A stretch of DNA of 32,000 nucleotides from Bacillus subtilis subsp. subtilis str. 168 (GTDB lineage: Bacteria; Bacillota; Bacilli; Bacillales; Bacillaceae). A program made the position numbers and the translations under genes. The notes under the pieces were generated by a model. The model saw nothing but the letters and a program-made list of their open reading frames with translations, did not search any database and was not told the DNA's origin. The number at the start of each line of letters is the position of its first letter. The first letter of the stretch is position 1. Location: assembly GCF_000009045.1 (NCBI RefSeq), contig NC_000964.3, positions 3,690,001 through 3,722,000 of the forward strand, given 5' to 3'. Below, piece by piece: positions 9,446-18,798 of this stretch.

Positions 9446-10627
9446 CTAGCTTACGAGCTGCTTTACCTTGTATTCGTGGATTTTTTCAATTAAAGGCTCT
9501 GCGGCACCATGAATATTGCCGACGCCATATATGACACGGTTGTGCATTCTTTTCTTTAACAATTCCATAATTTCATCTGTTGACTTATACTCTAGATCAT
9601 GCAGTTTGTCTGCAGGAATTTTGCCTTCTTCGTAGGCTTTTACGATCGGTTCTGTTGTTTCACCGATTAAGATCAGTTCACTTGCTTCAATATAAGGCAA
9701 TACGTCATTTGCGAATTGCTGTGTCCGATCGACACGGTCTGCGCGGCAGTTCATGATGATGATCGGATCATCGGTCGGGTAACCGATTTCTTTTACACGT
9801 TTCCATATATTCAAAGTAGAAGAAGCGTCGTTTGCGGCAAACCCATTAACAAAGTGCCCAGGCTCGCTCGGACTGATCAGCGGAAGAATTCTCATTGCTC
9901 CCGGATCTGGCGGCGCATTCAGCATTCCCTTAAATGCTGTTTCTTCGTCAATGCCGAGTGCTTGAGCCACACCCAGCGCCAGAGAAGCGTTATCAGGGAA
10001 TACCATGTATTCAAATTTACGTAAATACTCATCTGTAATTTTTGAGTTATCAGCAATGATGACTTTTGTGTTTCGTTCTTTTGCTTTTTGTTTAAAGAAC
10101 TCGGTATATTCACTATCTGTAATGACAAGATGGCCATTATAAGGAATTGTAGCAGTAAACGCTTCTGCAATTTCATCAAGCGTCGGCCCCATGACATCCA
10201 TATGGTCTTCCAAAACATTCACAATGACGCCGATATTGGCCTGCAGAAGTTCTTCCTGAAAGATGATTTGATAATCTGGGTTAACAGCCATGCATTCACT
10301 GACAATCGCGTTAGCCCCTCTTTCTACTGTTTCTCTCATGACTTCTTTTTGCTCTCCGATATTCGGCCCCTGAGGTTTCCGTTTAATCGGCTTTTCCTCC
10401 GGTGTGTCCCAGTAAATCATTCTTGCATCTGTTCCTGTTGTTTTTCCAACAGTCTTGTAACCGGCTTCTATTAATATTCCGGTTGTCAGCCTTGTCACAG
10501 TCGATTTTCCGCGGATGCCGTTAATATTCACCCGAACAGGGAGGGCATCAATGTTTTTCTGATGTCGTCGTTTTTCTAATATTCCGATGACCAGTATGAC
10601 AGCACAGGCTATAATGAGTAACCACAT
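9446..10627 (-). CDS. pgsB: Poly-gamma-glutamate synthase ligase subunit PgsB/CapB (YwsC)
   Basis: 393 aa from ATG 10627, or 406 aa from in-frame ATG 10666; N-terminal hydrophobic segment and Mur-ligase-like P-loop NGIRGKSTVTRL. Confidence 0.95.
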   Translation of the reverse strand: MWLLIIACAVILVIGILEKRRHQKNIDALPVRVNINGIRGKSTVTRLTTGILIEAGYKTVGKTTGTDARMIYWDTPEEKPIKRKPQGPNIGEQKEVMRETVERGANAIVSECMAVNPDYQIIFQEELLQANIGVIVNVLEDHMDVMGPTLDEIAEAFTATIPYNGHLVITDSEYTEFFKQKAKERNTKVIIADNSKITDEYLRKFEYMVFPDNASLALGVAQALGIDEETAFKGMLNAPPDPGAMRILPLISPSEPGHFVNGFAANDASSTLNIWKRVKEIGYPTDDPIIIMNCRADRVDRTQQFANDVLPYIEASELILIGETTEPIVKAYEEGKIPADKLHDLEYKSTDEIMELLKKRMHNRVIYGVGNIHGAAEPLIEKIHEYKVKQLVS

Positions 10628-11094
10628 TGCTTTTCGACATCTCCTTCTATATTGTTGTAAATTCATTCATCAGTATATAGAATCACTATGAATTCTCAAT
10701 CGGCATTATGTAACATAATCTTCCCTAATCGACTAAGCCAAACTTCTCTTTTGAAAGAGATTTTATACCTACAAACTGTTTTCTATTTTTGGAAAACAGC
10801 AGGACTTATACCTTATCACTTTTTAAAAAAATCAAAGAGAATGCGCTTTCATTTTTCTCCTGATATCCTTCTGGACGTATAGTCACACCCTGCTGTTTGT
10901 ATTTAATATGCATTTCAAATCAATCTTTTTTTCAGCCTTTGTTATCAAGCATTTCCTGCTATCATGCGTGTTTCCGGTTCTTATGAACACAAAATAATTT
11001 TATCCTGTTTCTTAAGGACAAGGTCATAATGTCATCCTTTCTGCATGGAATAAGCAATATGAGGCCCATTCCAAAATGACTAAGGAGGTTCGAG

Positions 11095-11130
11095 ATGAAA
11101 ACGCTAAACATACGAGTCCGAATTCTCTAA
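11095..11130 (+). other. Candidate 11-aa micro-ORF MKTLNIRVRIL
   Basis: TAAGGAGG-TTCGAG-ATG AAA ACG CTA AAC ATA CGA GTC CGA ATT CTC TAA in an otherwise empty intergenic region. Confidence 0.3.
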
Positions 11131-11342
11131 CATAATTAAACATTTTCTGGGATGATAGTCTTTTCTGTTTCTCCCCATTTACAGGTCTAAACGCATGACT
11201 TTGAAACAATTTTAATAAAACTTAATATTTGTTCAAGAAATCTTCATCCATATTTGTGAAGACTTTGTCAAAAAAAGAGTGAAAACCTTAAATTTTTCAA
11301 TTATATATACAATTTACAATTAGATTTCTTTTGATATTTTTA

Positions 11343-11370
11343 TTGCTAACTTCGGATTGTTCATGATAAT
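11343..11370 (+). promoter_or_regulatory. Putative SigA promoter of the rbs operon
   Basis: TTGCTA-N16-GATAAT just upstream of the cre/operator. Confidence 0.5.
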
Positions 11371-11376
11371 CTATCT

Positions 11377-11392
11377 ATGTAAACGGTTACAT
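11377..11392 (+). promoter_or_regulatory. cre-type operator (CcpA and/or RbsR) of the rbs operon
   Basis: ATGTAAACGGTTACAT, fits the TGWAANCGNTNWCA catabolite-responsive consensus and lies just downstream of the putative promoter. Confidence 0.85.
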
Positions 11393-11410
11393 AAACAAGG
11401 AGGAGCTGTT

Positions 11411-12391
11411 TTGGCTACAATTAAAGATGTCGCCGGAGCGGCGGGCGTTTCAGTTGCGACGGTTTCCCGCAACCTGAATGATAACGGCTATGTACACGAA
11501 GAAACGCGAACGCGTGTCATAGCGGCGATGGCGAAGCTGAACTATTACCCGAATGAAGTCGCCAGATCTCTATATAAAAGAGAATCCCGACTGATCGGAC
11601 TTTTGCTCCCGGATATCACAAACCCTTTCTTCCCCCAGCTTGCCCGCGGTGCGGAGGATGAATTGAACCGGGAAGGCTATCGCCTTATTTTCGGCAACAG
11701 TGACGAGGAATTGAAAAAAGAACTTGAATACCTTCAAACCTTTAAGCAAAATCATGTCGCAGGCATTATTGCCGCAACGAATTACCCGGATCTCGAGGAA
11801 TACAGCGGCATGAATTATCCAGTTGTTTTTCTGGACAGAACGCTTGAAGGGGCTCCTTCTGTGTCCAGTGACGGCTATACAGGAGTAAAGTTAGCCGCCC
11901 AGGCTATCATTCACGGAAAAAGCCAGCGCATTACGCTCTTGAGAGGACCCGCTCACCTGCCGACCGCTCAAGACCGATTTAACGGCGCTTTGGAAATCTT
12001 AAAGCAGGCTGAAGTTGATTTTCAGGTCATTGAGACAGCTTCATTTTCAATTAAAGATGCACAATCGATGGCGAAGGAGCTGTTTGCCTCTTATCCAGCG
12101 ACAGATGGTGTGATCGCGAGTAATGATATTCAAGCCGCTGCCGTTTTACATGAAGCATTGCGGCGCGGAAAAAACGTGCCGGAGGACATTCAAATTATCG
12201 GCTATGATGACATTCCGCAAAGCGGACTTCTGTTCCCGCCACTTTCTACAATTAAACAGCCCGCATATGATATGGGGAAAGAAGCTGCCAAACTGCTTTT
12301 GGGTATCATTAAAAAACAGCCGCTGGCAGAAACGGCAATTCAAATGCCTGTCACCTATATAGGAAGAAAGACGACAAGAAAGGAAGATTAA
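11411..12391 (+). CDS. rbsR: Ribose operon repressor RbsR (LacI family)
   Basis: 326 aa from a TTG start with AGGAGG RBS; LacI HTH (ATIKDVAGAAGVSVATVSRNLN). Confidence 0.94.
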   Translation: MATIKDVAGAAGVSVATVSRNLNDNGYVHEETRTRVIAAMAKLNYYPNEVARSLYKRESRLIGLLLPDITNPFFPQLARGAEDELNREGYRLIFGNSDEELKKELEYLQTFKQNHVAGIIAATNYPDLEEYSGMNYPVVFLDRTLEGAPSVSSDGYTGVKLAAQAIIHGKSQRITLLRGPAHLPTAQDRFNGALEILKQAEVDFQVIETASFSIKDAQSMAKELFASYPATDGVIASNDIQAAAVLHEALRRGKNVPEDIQIIGYDDIPQSGLLFPPLSTIKQPAYDMGKEAAKLLLGIIKKQPLAETAIQMPVTYIGRKTTRKED

Positions 12392-12392
12392 G

Positions 12393-13274
12393 ATGCGTAA
12401 TATTTGTGTGATTGGTAGCTGTTCTATGGATTTAGTGGTCACCTCGGACAAACGCCCAAAAGCCGGTGAAACGGTTCTTGGCACGTCATTTCAGACTGTG
12501 CCGGGCGGCAAAGGAGCAAATCAGGCCGTTGCCGCAGCCAGACTTGGGGCGCAAGTGTTTATGGTCGGCAAAGTTGGAGACGATCATTATGGAACAGCTA
12601 TTTTGAATAATCTCAAAGCTAACGGCGTTCGCACTGATTATATGGAACCGGTTACACATACGGAAAGCGGAACCGCTCATATTGTGCTTGCTGAAGGCGA
12701 CAACAGCATTGTCGTTGTCAAAGGCGCGAACGATGACATCACCCCAGCGTATGCGTTAAACGCGCTCGAACAGATTGAAAAGGTCGATATGGTGCTGATT
12801 CAGCAGGAAATCCCAGAAGAAACGGTTGATGAGGTGTGCAAATACTGCCATTCTCACGATATCCCGATCATACTAAACCCAGCACCGGCCCGCCCGCTCA
12901 AGCAGGAAACAATTGATCACGCTACCTATCTGACGCCGAATGAACACGAGGCTTCGATTTTATTCCCTGAGCTTACCATTTCCGAAGCTCTGGCGCTTTA
13001 TCCGGCAAAGCTCTTTATTACGGAAGGAAAACAAGGCGTCCGCTATTCGGCTGGCAGCAAAGAGGTGCTCATCCCGTCCTTCCCTGTAGAACCCGTTGAT
13101 ACAACCGGAGCCGGTGATACGTTTAACGCAGCATTTGCCGTGGCCCTGGCTGAGGGAAAAGACATTGAAGCCGCATTGCGGTTTGCCAATCGTGCCGCTT
13201 CCCTTTCTGTCTGCTCCTTCGGTGCCCAAGGCGGAATGCCGACAAGAAATGAAGTAGAGGAGCTGCTGTCATGA
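12393..13274 (+). CDS. rbsK: Ribokinase RbsK
   Basis: 293 aa, PfkB-family motifs (PGGKGANQAVAAARLG; DTTGAGDTFNAAFAVAL). Confidence 0.96.
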   Translation: MRNICVIGSCSMDLVVTSDKRPKAGETVLGTSFQTVPGGKGANQAVAAARLGAQVFMVGKVGDDHYGTAILNNLKANGVRTDYMEPVTHTESGTAHIVLAEGDNSIVVVKGANDDITPAYALNALEQIEKVDMVLIQQEIPEETVDEVCKYCHSHDIPIILNPAPARPLKQETIDHATYLTPNEHEASILFPELTISEALALYPAKLFITEGKQGVRYSAGSKEVLIPSFPVEPVDTTGAGDTFNAAFAVALAEGKDIEAALRFANRAASLSVCSFGAQGGMPTRNEVEELLS

Positions 13275-13666
13275 AAAAACACGGTATACTGAACAGCCAT
13301 CTTGCCAAGATTTTAGCCGACCTTGGCCACACTGATAAAATTGTCATCGCGGATGCCGGACTGCCGGTTCCTGACGGCGTTTTGAAAATTGATCTTTCAC
13401 TGAAGCCGGGCCTTCCGGCTTTCCAAGATACAGCGGCAGTACTGGCTGAGGAAATGGCGGTCGAAAAAGTCATTGCTGCAGCTGAAATAAAAGCATCCAA
13501 TCAGGAGAATGCGAAATTTCTAGAAAATCTTTTCTCTGAACAAGAGATTGAATACCTTTCTCACGAGGAGTTTAAGCTGCTGACAAAAGATGCAAAGGCA
13601 GTCATAAGAACAGGAGAATTCACACCATATGCCAACTGCATCCTGCAGGCAGGTGTACTTTTCTAG
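13271..13666 (+). CDS. rbsD: D-ribose pyranase RbsD
   Basis: 131 aa (MKKHGILNSHLAKILADLGHTDKIVIADAGLPVP); overlaps rbsK by 4 nt. Confidence 0.96.
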   Translation: MKKHGILNSHLAKILADLGHTDKIVIADAGLPVPDGVLKIDLSLKPGLPAFQDTAAVLAEEMAVEKVIAAAEIKASNQENAKFLENLFSEQEIEYLSHEEFKLLTKDAKAVIRTGEFTPYANCILQAGVLF

Positions 13667-13681
13667 AAAGGAAGATGAAAC

Positions 13682-15163
13682 ATGCAGATTGAAATGAAAG
13701 ACATTCATAAAACATTCGGAAAAAATCAGGTGCTGTCAGGCGTTTCCTTTCAGCTCATGCCTGGCGAGGTTCACGCATTAATGGGAGAAAACGGCGCCGG
13801 CAAGTCCACGCTTATGAACATTTTGACAGGCCTGCACAAAGCAGATAAAGGTCAAATCAGCATAAACGGAAACGAAACGTATTTTTCCAATCCGAAAGAA
13901 GCGGAACAGCATGGAATAGCCTTTATCCATCAGGAATTGAATATCTGGCCGGAAATGACCGTTCTTGAGAATCTATTTATCGGTAAAGAGATATCCTCCA
14001 AGCTGGGCGTTTTACAAACAAGAAAAATGAAAGCGCTAGCAAAAGAGCAATTTGACAAACTTTCCGTCTCTCTTTCTCTTGATCAAGAAGCCGGCGAATG
14101 TTCCGTCGGACAGCAGCAAATGATCGAAATTGCAAAAGCGCTTATGACAAATGCCGAGGTAATCATTATGGATGAACCGACCGCAGCGTTGACTGAACGT
14201 GAAATCAGCAAGCTCTTTGAGGTCATTACAGCGTTAAAAAAGAACGGCGTCTCCATTGTCTATATTTCGCATCGCATGGAAGAAATTTTTGCGATTTGCG
14301 ACAGAATTACCATCATGCGTGACGGAAAAACGGTAGATACAACAAACATCTCAGAAACTGATTTTGATGAAGTCGTCAAAAAAATGGTCGGACGGGAGCT
14401 GACTGAACGATATCCAAAACGCACTCCTTCTCTCGGTGACAAAGTATTCGAGGTGAAAAATGCTTCCGTAAAAGGGAGTTTTGAGGACGTCAGCTTTTAT
14501 GTGCGTTCCGGTGAGATCGTCGGTGTTTCAGGATTAATGGGAGCCGGCCGGACAGAAATGATGAGAGCGCTGTTCGGCGTTGACAGGCTGGACACGGGTG
14601 AGATATGGATCGCTGGGAAAAAAACGGCTATTAAGAACCCGCAGGAAGCCGTGAAAAAAGGTCTCGGCTTTATTACAGAGAATCGCAAGGATGAAGGGCT
14701 CCTGCTCGACACCTCGATCCGCGAAAATATTGCCCTGCCCAATCTGTCCAGCTTCTCACCAAAGGGTCTCATTGATCATAAGCGGGAGGCTGAATTTGTC
14801 GATCTGTTAATCAAGCGCCTCACTATCAAAACAGCATCACCGGAAACGCACGCACGCCATTTATCAGGAGGAAACCAGCAAAAAGTGGTGATAGCCAAGT
14901 GGATCGGCATCGGACCGAAAGTGCTTATCTTGGATGAGCCAACCAGAGGTGTGGATGTTGGCGCCAAACGAGAGATTTATACGCTGATGAATGAGCTGAC
15001 CGAACGCGGTGTCGCTATCATCATGGTGTCATCAGAGCTTCCTGAAATTCTGGGAATGAGCGATCGGATTATCGTTGTCCATGAAGGCAGAATCAGCGGC
15101 GAAATCCATGCGCGAGAAGCAACACAAGAACGAATTATGACACTTGCCACGGGAGGGCGGTAA
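13682..15163 (+). CDS. rbsA: Ribose ABC transporter ATP-binding protein RbsA
   Basis: 493 aa, two ABC domains ([10 protein letters not shown]; [14 protein letters not shown]), good RBS. Confidence 0.96.
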   Translation: MQIEMKDIHKTFGKNQVLSGVSFQLMPGEVHALMGENGAGKSTLMNILTGLHKADKGQISINGNETYFSNPKEAEQHGIAFIHQELNIWPEMTVLENLFIGKEISSKLGVLQTRKMKALAKEQFDKLSVSLSLDQEAGECSVGQQQMIEIAKALMTNAEVIIMDEPTAALTEREISKLFEVITALKKNGVSIVYISHRMEEIFAICDRITIMRDGKTVDTTNISETDFDEVVKKMVGRELTERYPKRTPSLGDKVFEVKNASVKGSFEDVSFYVRSGEIVGVSGLMGAGRTEMMRALFGVDRLDTGEIWIAGKKTAIKNPQEAVKKGLGFITENRKDEGLLLDTSIRENIALPNLSSFSPKGLIDHKREAEFVDLLIKRLTIKTASPETHARHLSGGNQQKVVIAKWIGIGPKVLILDEPTRGVDVGAKREIYTLMNELTERGVAIIMVSSELPEILGMSDRIIVVHEGRISGEIHAREATQERIMTLATGGR

Positions 15164-15164
15164 T

Positions 15165-16133
15165 ATGAAAACGGAACAACTGCAAACAGAACAAAAACGG
15201 ATTCACTTCGACGGAGTCATGCAAAAACTCGGCCCGTTTCTTGGTTTATTTATTCTCGTTATCATTGTATCTATTTTAAATCCCAGCTTTCTTGAACCGC
15301 TGAATATTTTAAACCTGCTTCGCCAGGTCGCCATTAACGGATTAATCGCGTTCGGGATGACCTTTGTTATTTTGACAGGCGGCATTGATCTTTCTGTTGG
15401 CGCTATTCTTGCCCTGTCCAGTGCTTTAGTTGCGGGGATGATTGTGTCCGGTGTCGATCCGGTTCTCGCGATCATCCTTGGCTGTATCATTGGTGCCGTA
15501 CTAGGCATGATCAACGGATTATTGATTACTAAAGGAAAAATGGCGCCCTTTATCGCCACGCTTGCGACCATGACTGTGTTTCGCGGACTGACGCTAGTGT
15601 ATACAGATGGAAATCCGATTACCGGACTTGGCACAAACTACGGTTTTCAGATGTTCGGACGCGGTTACTTTTTAGGCATTCCTGTACCGGCAATTACGAT
15701 GGTTCTTGCCTTTGTCATCCTTTGGGTGCTTCTTCATAAAACACCATTCGGACGCCGAACGTACGCTATCGGCGGCAACGAAAAAGCCGCGCTCATTTCA
15801 GGCATCAAAGTGACGCGCGTGAAAGTGATGATCTATTCTTTAGCCGGGCTTTTATCCGCTCTTGCAGGTGCCATATTGACTTCCCGCCTGCATTCGGCCC
15901 AGCCGACTGCGGGAGAATCGTACGAACTTGATGCTATCGCGGCAGTCGTCTTAGGAGGGACAAGTCTTTCCGGCGGCCGAGGACGCATTGTCGGCACGTT
16001 AATCGGGGTGCTGATCATCGGCACACTTAATAACGGACTTAATCTGCTTGGCGTCTCATCATTTTATCAGCTGGTTGTCAAAGGGATTGTTATCTTAATT
16101 GCGGTATTGTTAGACCGCAAGAAGTCAGCTTAG
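15165..16133 (+). CDS. rbsC: Ribose ABC transporter permease RbsC
   Basis: 322 aa from ATG 15165 (the track uses upstream 15144); permease motif GINGLLITKGKMAPFIATLATM-like. Confidence 0.94.
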   Translation: MKTEQLQTEQKRIHFDGVMQKLGPFLGLFILVIIVSILNPSFLEPLNILNLLRQVAINGLIAFGMTFVILTGGIDLSVGAILALSSALVAGMIVSGVDPVLAIILGCIIGAVLGMINGLLITKGKMAPFIATLATMTVFRGLTLVYTDGNPITGLGTNYGFQMFGRGYFLGIPVPAITMVLAFVILWVLLHKTPFGRRTYAIGGNEKAALISGIKVTRVKVMIYSLAGLLSALAGAILTSRLHSAQPTAGESYELDAIAAVVLGGTSLSGGRGRIVGTLIGVLIIGTLNNGLNLLGVSSFYQLVVKGIVILIAVLLDRKKSA

Positions 16134-16144
16134 GAGGGTTTTAC

Positions 16145-17062
16145 ATGAAAAAGGCTGTATCCGTCATTTTAACGTTATCATTATTTTTGTTAACCGCCTG
16201 TTCGCTTGAGCCTCCCCAATGGGCAAAGCCATCAAACTCGGGGAACAAAAAGGAATTCACCATTGGCTTGTCCGTCTCAACGCTTAATAATCCTTTTTTT
16301 GTCTCATTAAAAAAGGGTATCGAAAAAGAAGCTAAAAAACGGGGAATGAAAGTCATCATTGTTGATGCACAAAATGATTCATCGAAACAGACGAGTGACG
16401 TGGAAGATTTAATTCAGCAAGGTGTTGATGCATTATTAATCAACCCGACTGATTCTTCGGCGATCTCAACGGCAGTAGAATCTGCAAACGCAGTCGGTGT
16501 GCCCGTCGTAACAATCGATCGATCTGCGGAACAAGGAAAAGTTGAAACCCTCGTTGCTTCCGATAATGTAAAAGGCGGTGAAATGGCCGCGGCGTTTATT
16601 GCCGACAAACTTGGAAAAGGAGCAAAGGTGGCAGAGCTTGAAGGCGTCCCCGGCGCATCTGCCACACGGGAACGCGGCTCAGGATTCCATAACATCGCAG
16701 ACCAAAAGCTCCAAGTTGTCACAAAACAATCAGCTGACTTTGACCGCACGAAAGGCCTGACTGTCATGGAAAACCTGCTGCAGGGACATCCTGATATCCA
16801 AGCTGTTTTTGCTCACAACGATGAAATGGCGCTCGGTGCTCTCGAGGCAATTAACAGCTCGGGGAAAGACATATTGGTGATCGGTTTTGACGGCAATAAA
16901 GATGCGCTCGCTTCCATTAAAGACAGAAAGCTGTCAGCCACCGTCGCTCAGCAGCCTGAATTAATCGGTAAATTGGCTACAGAAGCAGCAGATGATATTT
17001 TGCACGGGAAAAAAGTGCAAAAAACAATATCCGCGCCTCTCAAACTAGAAACACAAAAATAA
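16145..17062 (+). CDS. rbsB: Ribose-binding lipoprotein RbsB
   Basis: 305 aa, lipobox LLTACS, periplasmic-binding protein fold motifs (FTIGLSVSTLNNPFF). Confidence 0.95.
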   Translation: MKKAVSVILTLSLFLLTACSLEPPQWAKPSNSGNKKEFTIGLSVSTLNNPFFVSLKKGIEKEAKKRGMKVIIVDAQNDSSKQTSDVEDLIQQGVDALLINPTDSSAISTAVESANAVGVPVVTIDRSAEQGKVETLVASDNVKGGEMAAAFIADKLGKGAKVAELEGVPGASATRERGSGFHNIADQKLQVVTKQSADFDRTKGLTVMENLLQGHPDIQAVFAHNDEMALGALEAINSSGKDILVIGFDGNKDALASIKDRKLSATVAQQPELIGKLATEAADDILHGKKVQKTISAPLKLETQK

Positions 17063-17143
17063 TTGTCTGATGTTTAGGAACCTGCGATAACGTGAATAGA
17101 GATATAGAATGAATTATTTCTCTTACGTGAGGAGAGGAACGGC

Positions 17144-17680
17144 ATGAACAAACCAACAAAACTATTTTCAACATTAGCACTTGCGGCTGGAATGACTGCG
17201 GCGGCTGCTGGCGGCGCTGGCACGATCCATGCTCAACAGCCAGAAACAACGGTAAGCATTGATGATTTATACAGTTATCCGATTGATTCTTATTTGGTAT
17301 CAGCAGAGGCTCTAAATGTCAGAACGAAGCCTTCCGCATCAAGCCAGAAAGCCGATACGCTGCACTTAGGAGATAGCCTAAAGCTGATTTCCTTCTCAAA
17401 TGCTGACTGGGCAAAGGTTAAGTATAAAAATGGAAAAACAGGATTTGTATCCACTCATTACATTGTTAAAGCAGCGACAACGGTAAAAACCAAAACAAAA
17501 ACAAAAGTGTATACATCCGCTGACGGAAAGAGCATTAAGACTCTTCCAGCAGACACAAGCGTTTCTTTTTTAGGCTGGAGTAAAACGAATAAAGGCGGTT
17601 TTGATTTTGATTGGGTATTCGTTGATTACGGCGGTACGACAGGTTATATGAAAACAAAGGATTTACACATGACAAAATAA
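17144..17680 (+). CDS. ywsB: Secreted SH3-domain protein YwsB
   Basis: 178 aa with signal peptide (..AAAGGAGTIHAQQ) and SH3b repeats (LNVRTKPSASSQKADTLHLGDSLK). Confidence 0.85.
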   Translation: MNKPTKLFSTLALAAGMTAAAAGGAGTIHAQQPETTVSIDDLYSYPIDSYLVSAEALNVRTKPSASSQKADTLHLGDSLKLISFSNADWAKVKYKNGKTGFVSTHYIVKAATTVKTKTKTKVYTSADGKSIKTLPADTSVSFLGWSKTNKGGFDFDWVFVDYGGTTGYMKTKDLHMTK

Positions 17681-17686
17681 CTGAGA

Positions 17687-17719
17687 GGGATTCCGCATAA
17701 ATGCGGAATCCCTTTTATT
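17687..17719 (+). terminator. Intrinsic terminator after ywsB
   Basis: GGGATTCCGCAT-AA-ATGCGGAATCCCTTTTATT. Confidence 0.88.
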
Positions 17720-17835
17720 ATGAATTGATTTGTCACATTCCCAAGATATTTCTCAGGAAATATTGTCGTATGCTGTGTCGAAACCTTACATGATCATCGA
17801 CATTTTTGTTCACGCTAAAAAGCGGAGGTGTAAAT

Positions 17836-18132
17836 ATGGATCAATTTGAAGCAGCATATGAATCGTATAAAGCCCGGCAAACAACTGCCGATCAAGAAAA
17901 TGTTCCATCTGGAAAAGAAGAAATTATTGCGGTTAGAAGAAATGAGGAAGACAATATTATCGCAGTGAAAACCAATACAGGAAGAGAGCTCGACTACCCT
18001 ACTGCGCTGTCAGAAGCAAAATCAGGAAAACTCGCTCATGTTGATGTCTTCCATAAATACGGGCGTGACATTTTGCGAAGTGAACCGGACGGCATCAAGG
18101 AAAATAACCTGTCTGAGCTGCCGGATTTTTAA
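17836..18132 (+). CDS. ywsA: Conserved DUF3892-like protein YwsA
   Basis: 98 aa from ATG 17836 preceded by GCGGAGGTG; central EEIIAVRRNEEDNIIAVKTNTGRELDYPTAL motif; sequence and position match YwsA. Confidence 0.8.
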   Translation: MDQFEAAYESYKARQTTADQENVPSGKEEIIAVRRNEEDNIIAVKTNTGRELDYPTALSEAKSGKLAHVDVFHKYGRDILRSEPDGIKENNLSELPDF

Positions 18133-18134
18133 AC

Positions 18135-18174
18135 AAATACAGCCCTGCCGTATGTTGGACAGGGCTGTATTTTA
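18135..18174. terminator. Bidirectional terminator between ywsA and ywrO
   Basis: AAATACAGCCCTG-N12-CAGGGCTGTATTTT stem-loop; its 3' end abuts the ywrO stop. Confidence 0.85.
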
Positions 18175-18699
18175 AACAAAAGGCTGCTGGATGTATTCGG
18201 CTAACCGTTTTGCACTGTGAGAAATATCCTCTGCAGCTGCATAATTCACGCCATAGAACACATATGGAGGCAGATACTTCATGCCGATCAGATTACTCGT
18301 GGCCTGAAATGGTTTCAATAGCTCACTGATCGAGTAATGATTTGCTCCGCCCGCTTGATATTTTTCCGCTTCGCTCCCTGTTGATACAGCCAGCATCAGC
18401 TCCTTGCCATGCAAGGCATTTCCTTCTGAACCAAAAGCCCAGCCATAAGTCAGCACAAGATCCTGCCATTTTTTCAAGAGCGGCGGAGAGCTGTACCAAT
18501 ATAGCGGGAATTGAAAGACAATCCGATCGTATTCCTCGCACAGCTGCTGTTCCTTCGCAACATCTATCGCTTCATCCGGGTATTCCTTATAAAGATCCCG
18601 TACTGTGATATTGTCATGTTTACTCAATTCCTCAGCCCACGCCTTATTAACAACTGAGGTCTCCATATGAGGATGCACTGCCAAAACCAATATTTTCAT
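18172..18699 (-). CDS. ywrO: Flavodoxin-fold NAD(P)H oxidoreductase YwrO
   Basis: 175 aa (MKILVLAVHPHMETSVVNKAWAEELSKHDNITVRDLY; FQFPLYWYSSPPLLKKW) typical of NAD(P)H quinone oxidoreductases. Confidence 0.88.
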   Translation of the reverse strand: MKILVLAVHPHMETSVVNKAWAEELSKHDNITVRDLYKEYPDEAIDVAKEQQLCEEYDRIVFQFPLYWYSSPPLLKKWQDLVLTYGWAFGSEGNALHGKELMLAVSTGSEAEKYQAGGANHYSISELLKPFQATSNLIGMKYLPPYVFYGVNYAAAEDISHSAKRLAEYIQQPFV

Positions 18700-18759
18700 C
18701 AGACCACACCTTTACTGTTTTGATGTTATTTTATCTAAAATCAGGAAAAGAGCCAAATA

Positions 18760-18797
18760 AAAAGAAAGCCCTGCTAAAAGGGGCTTTCTTTTTTTCT
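18760..18797 (-). terminator. Intrinsic terminator downstream of alsD
   Basis: Minus strand AAAGAAAGCCCC-loop-GGGCTTTCTTT hairpin just after the alsD stop. Confidence 0.8.
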
Positions 18798-18798
18798 T

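Noticed and set aside
10688-11209. 64-aa (+) and 61-aa (-) ORFs in the pgsB-rbsR intergenic region
   Set aside because: No clear RBS, no recognisable family, composition like translated AT-rich noncoding DNA.
13043-13500. Minus-strand ORFs (85 and 128 aa) over rbsK/rbsD
   Set aside because: Shadow ORFs antisense to highly conserved rbs genes with low-complexity Ala/Ser/Pro composition.
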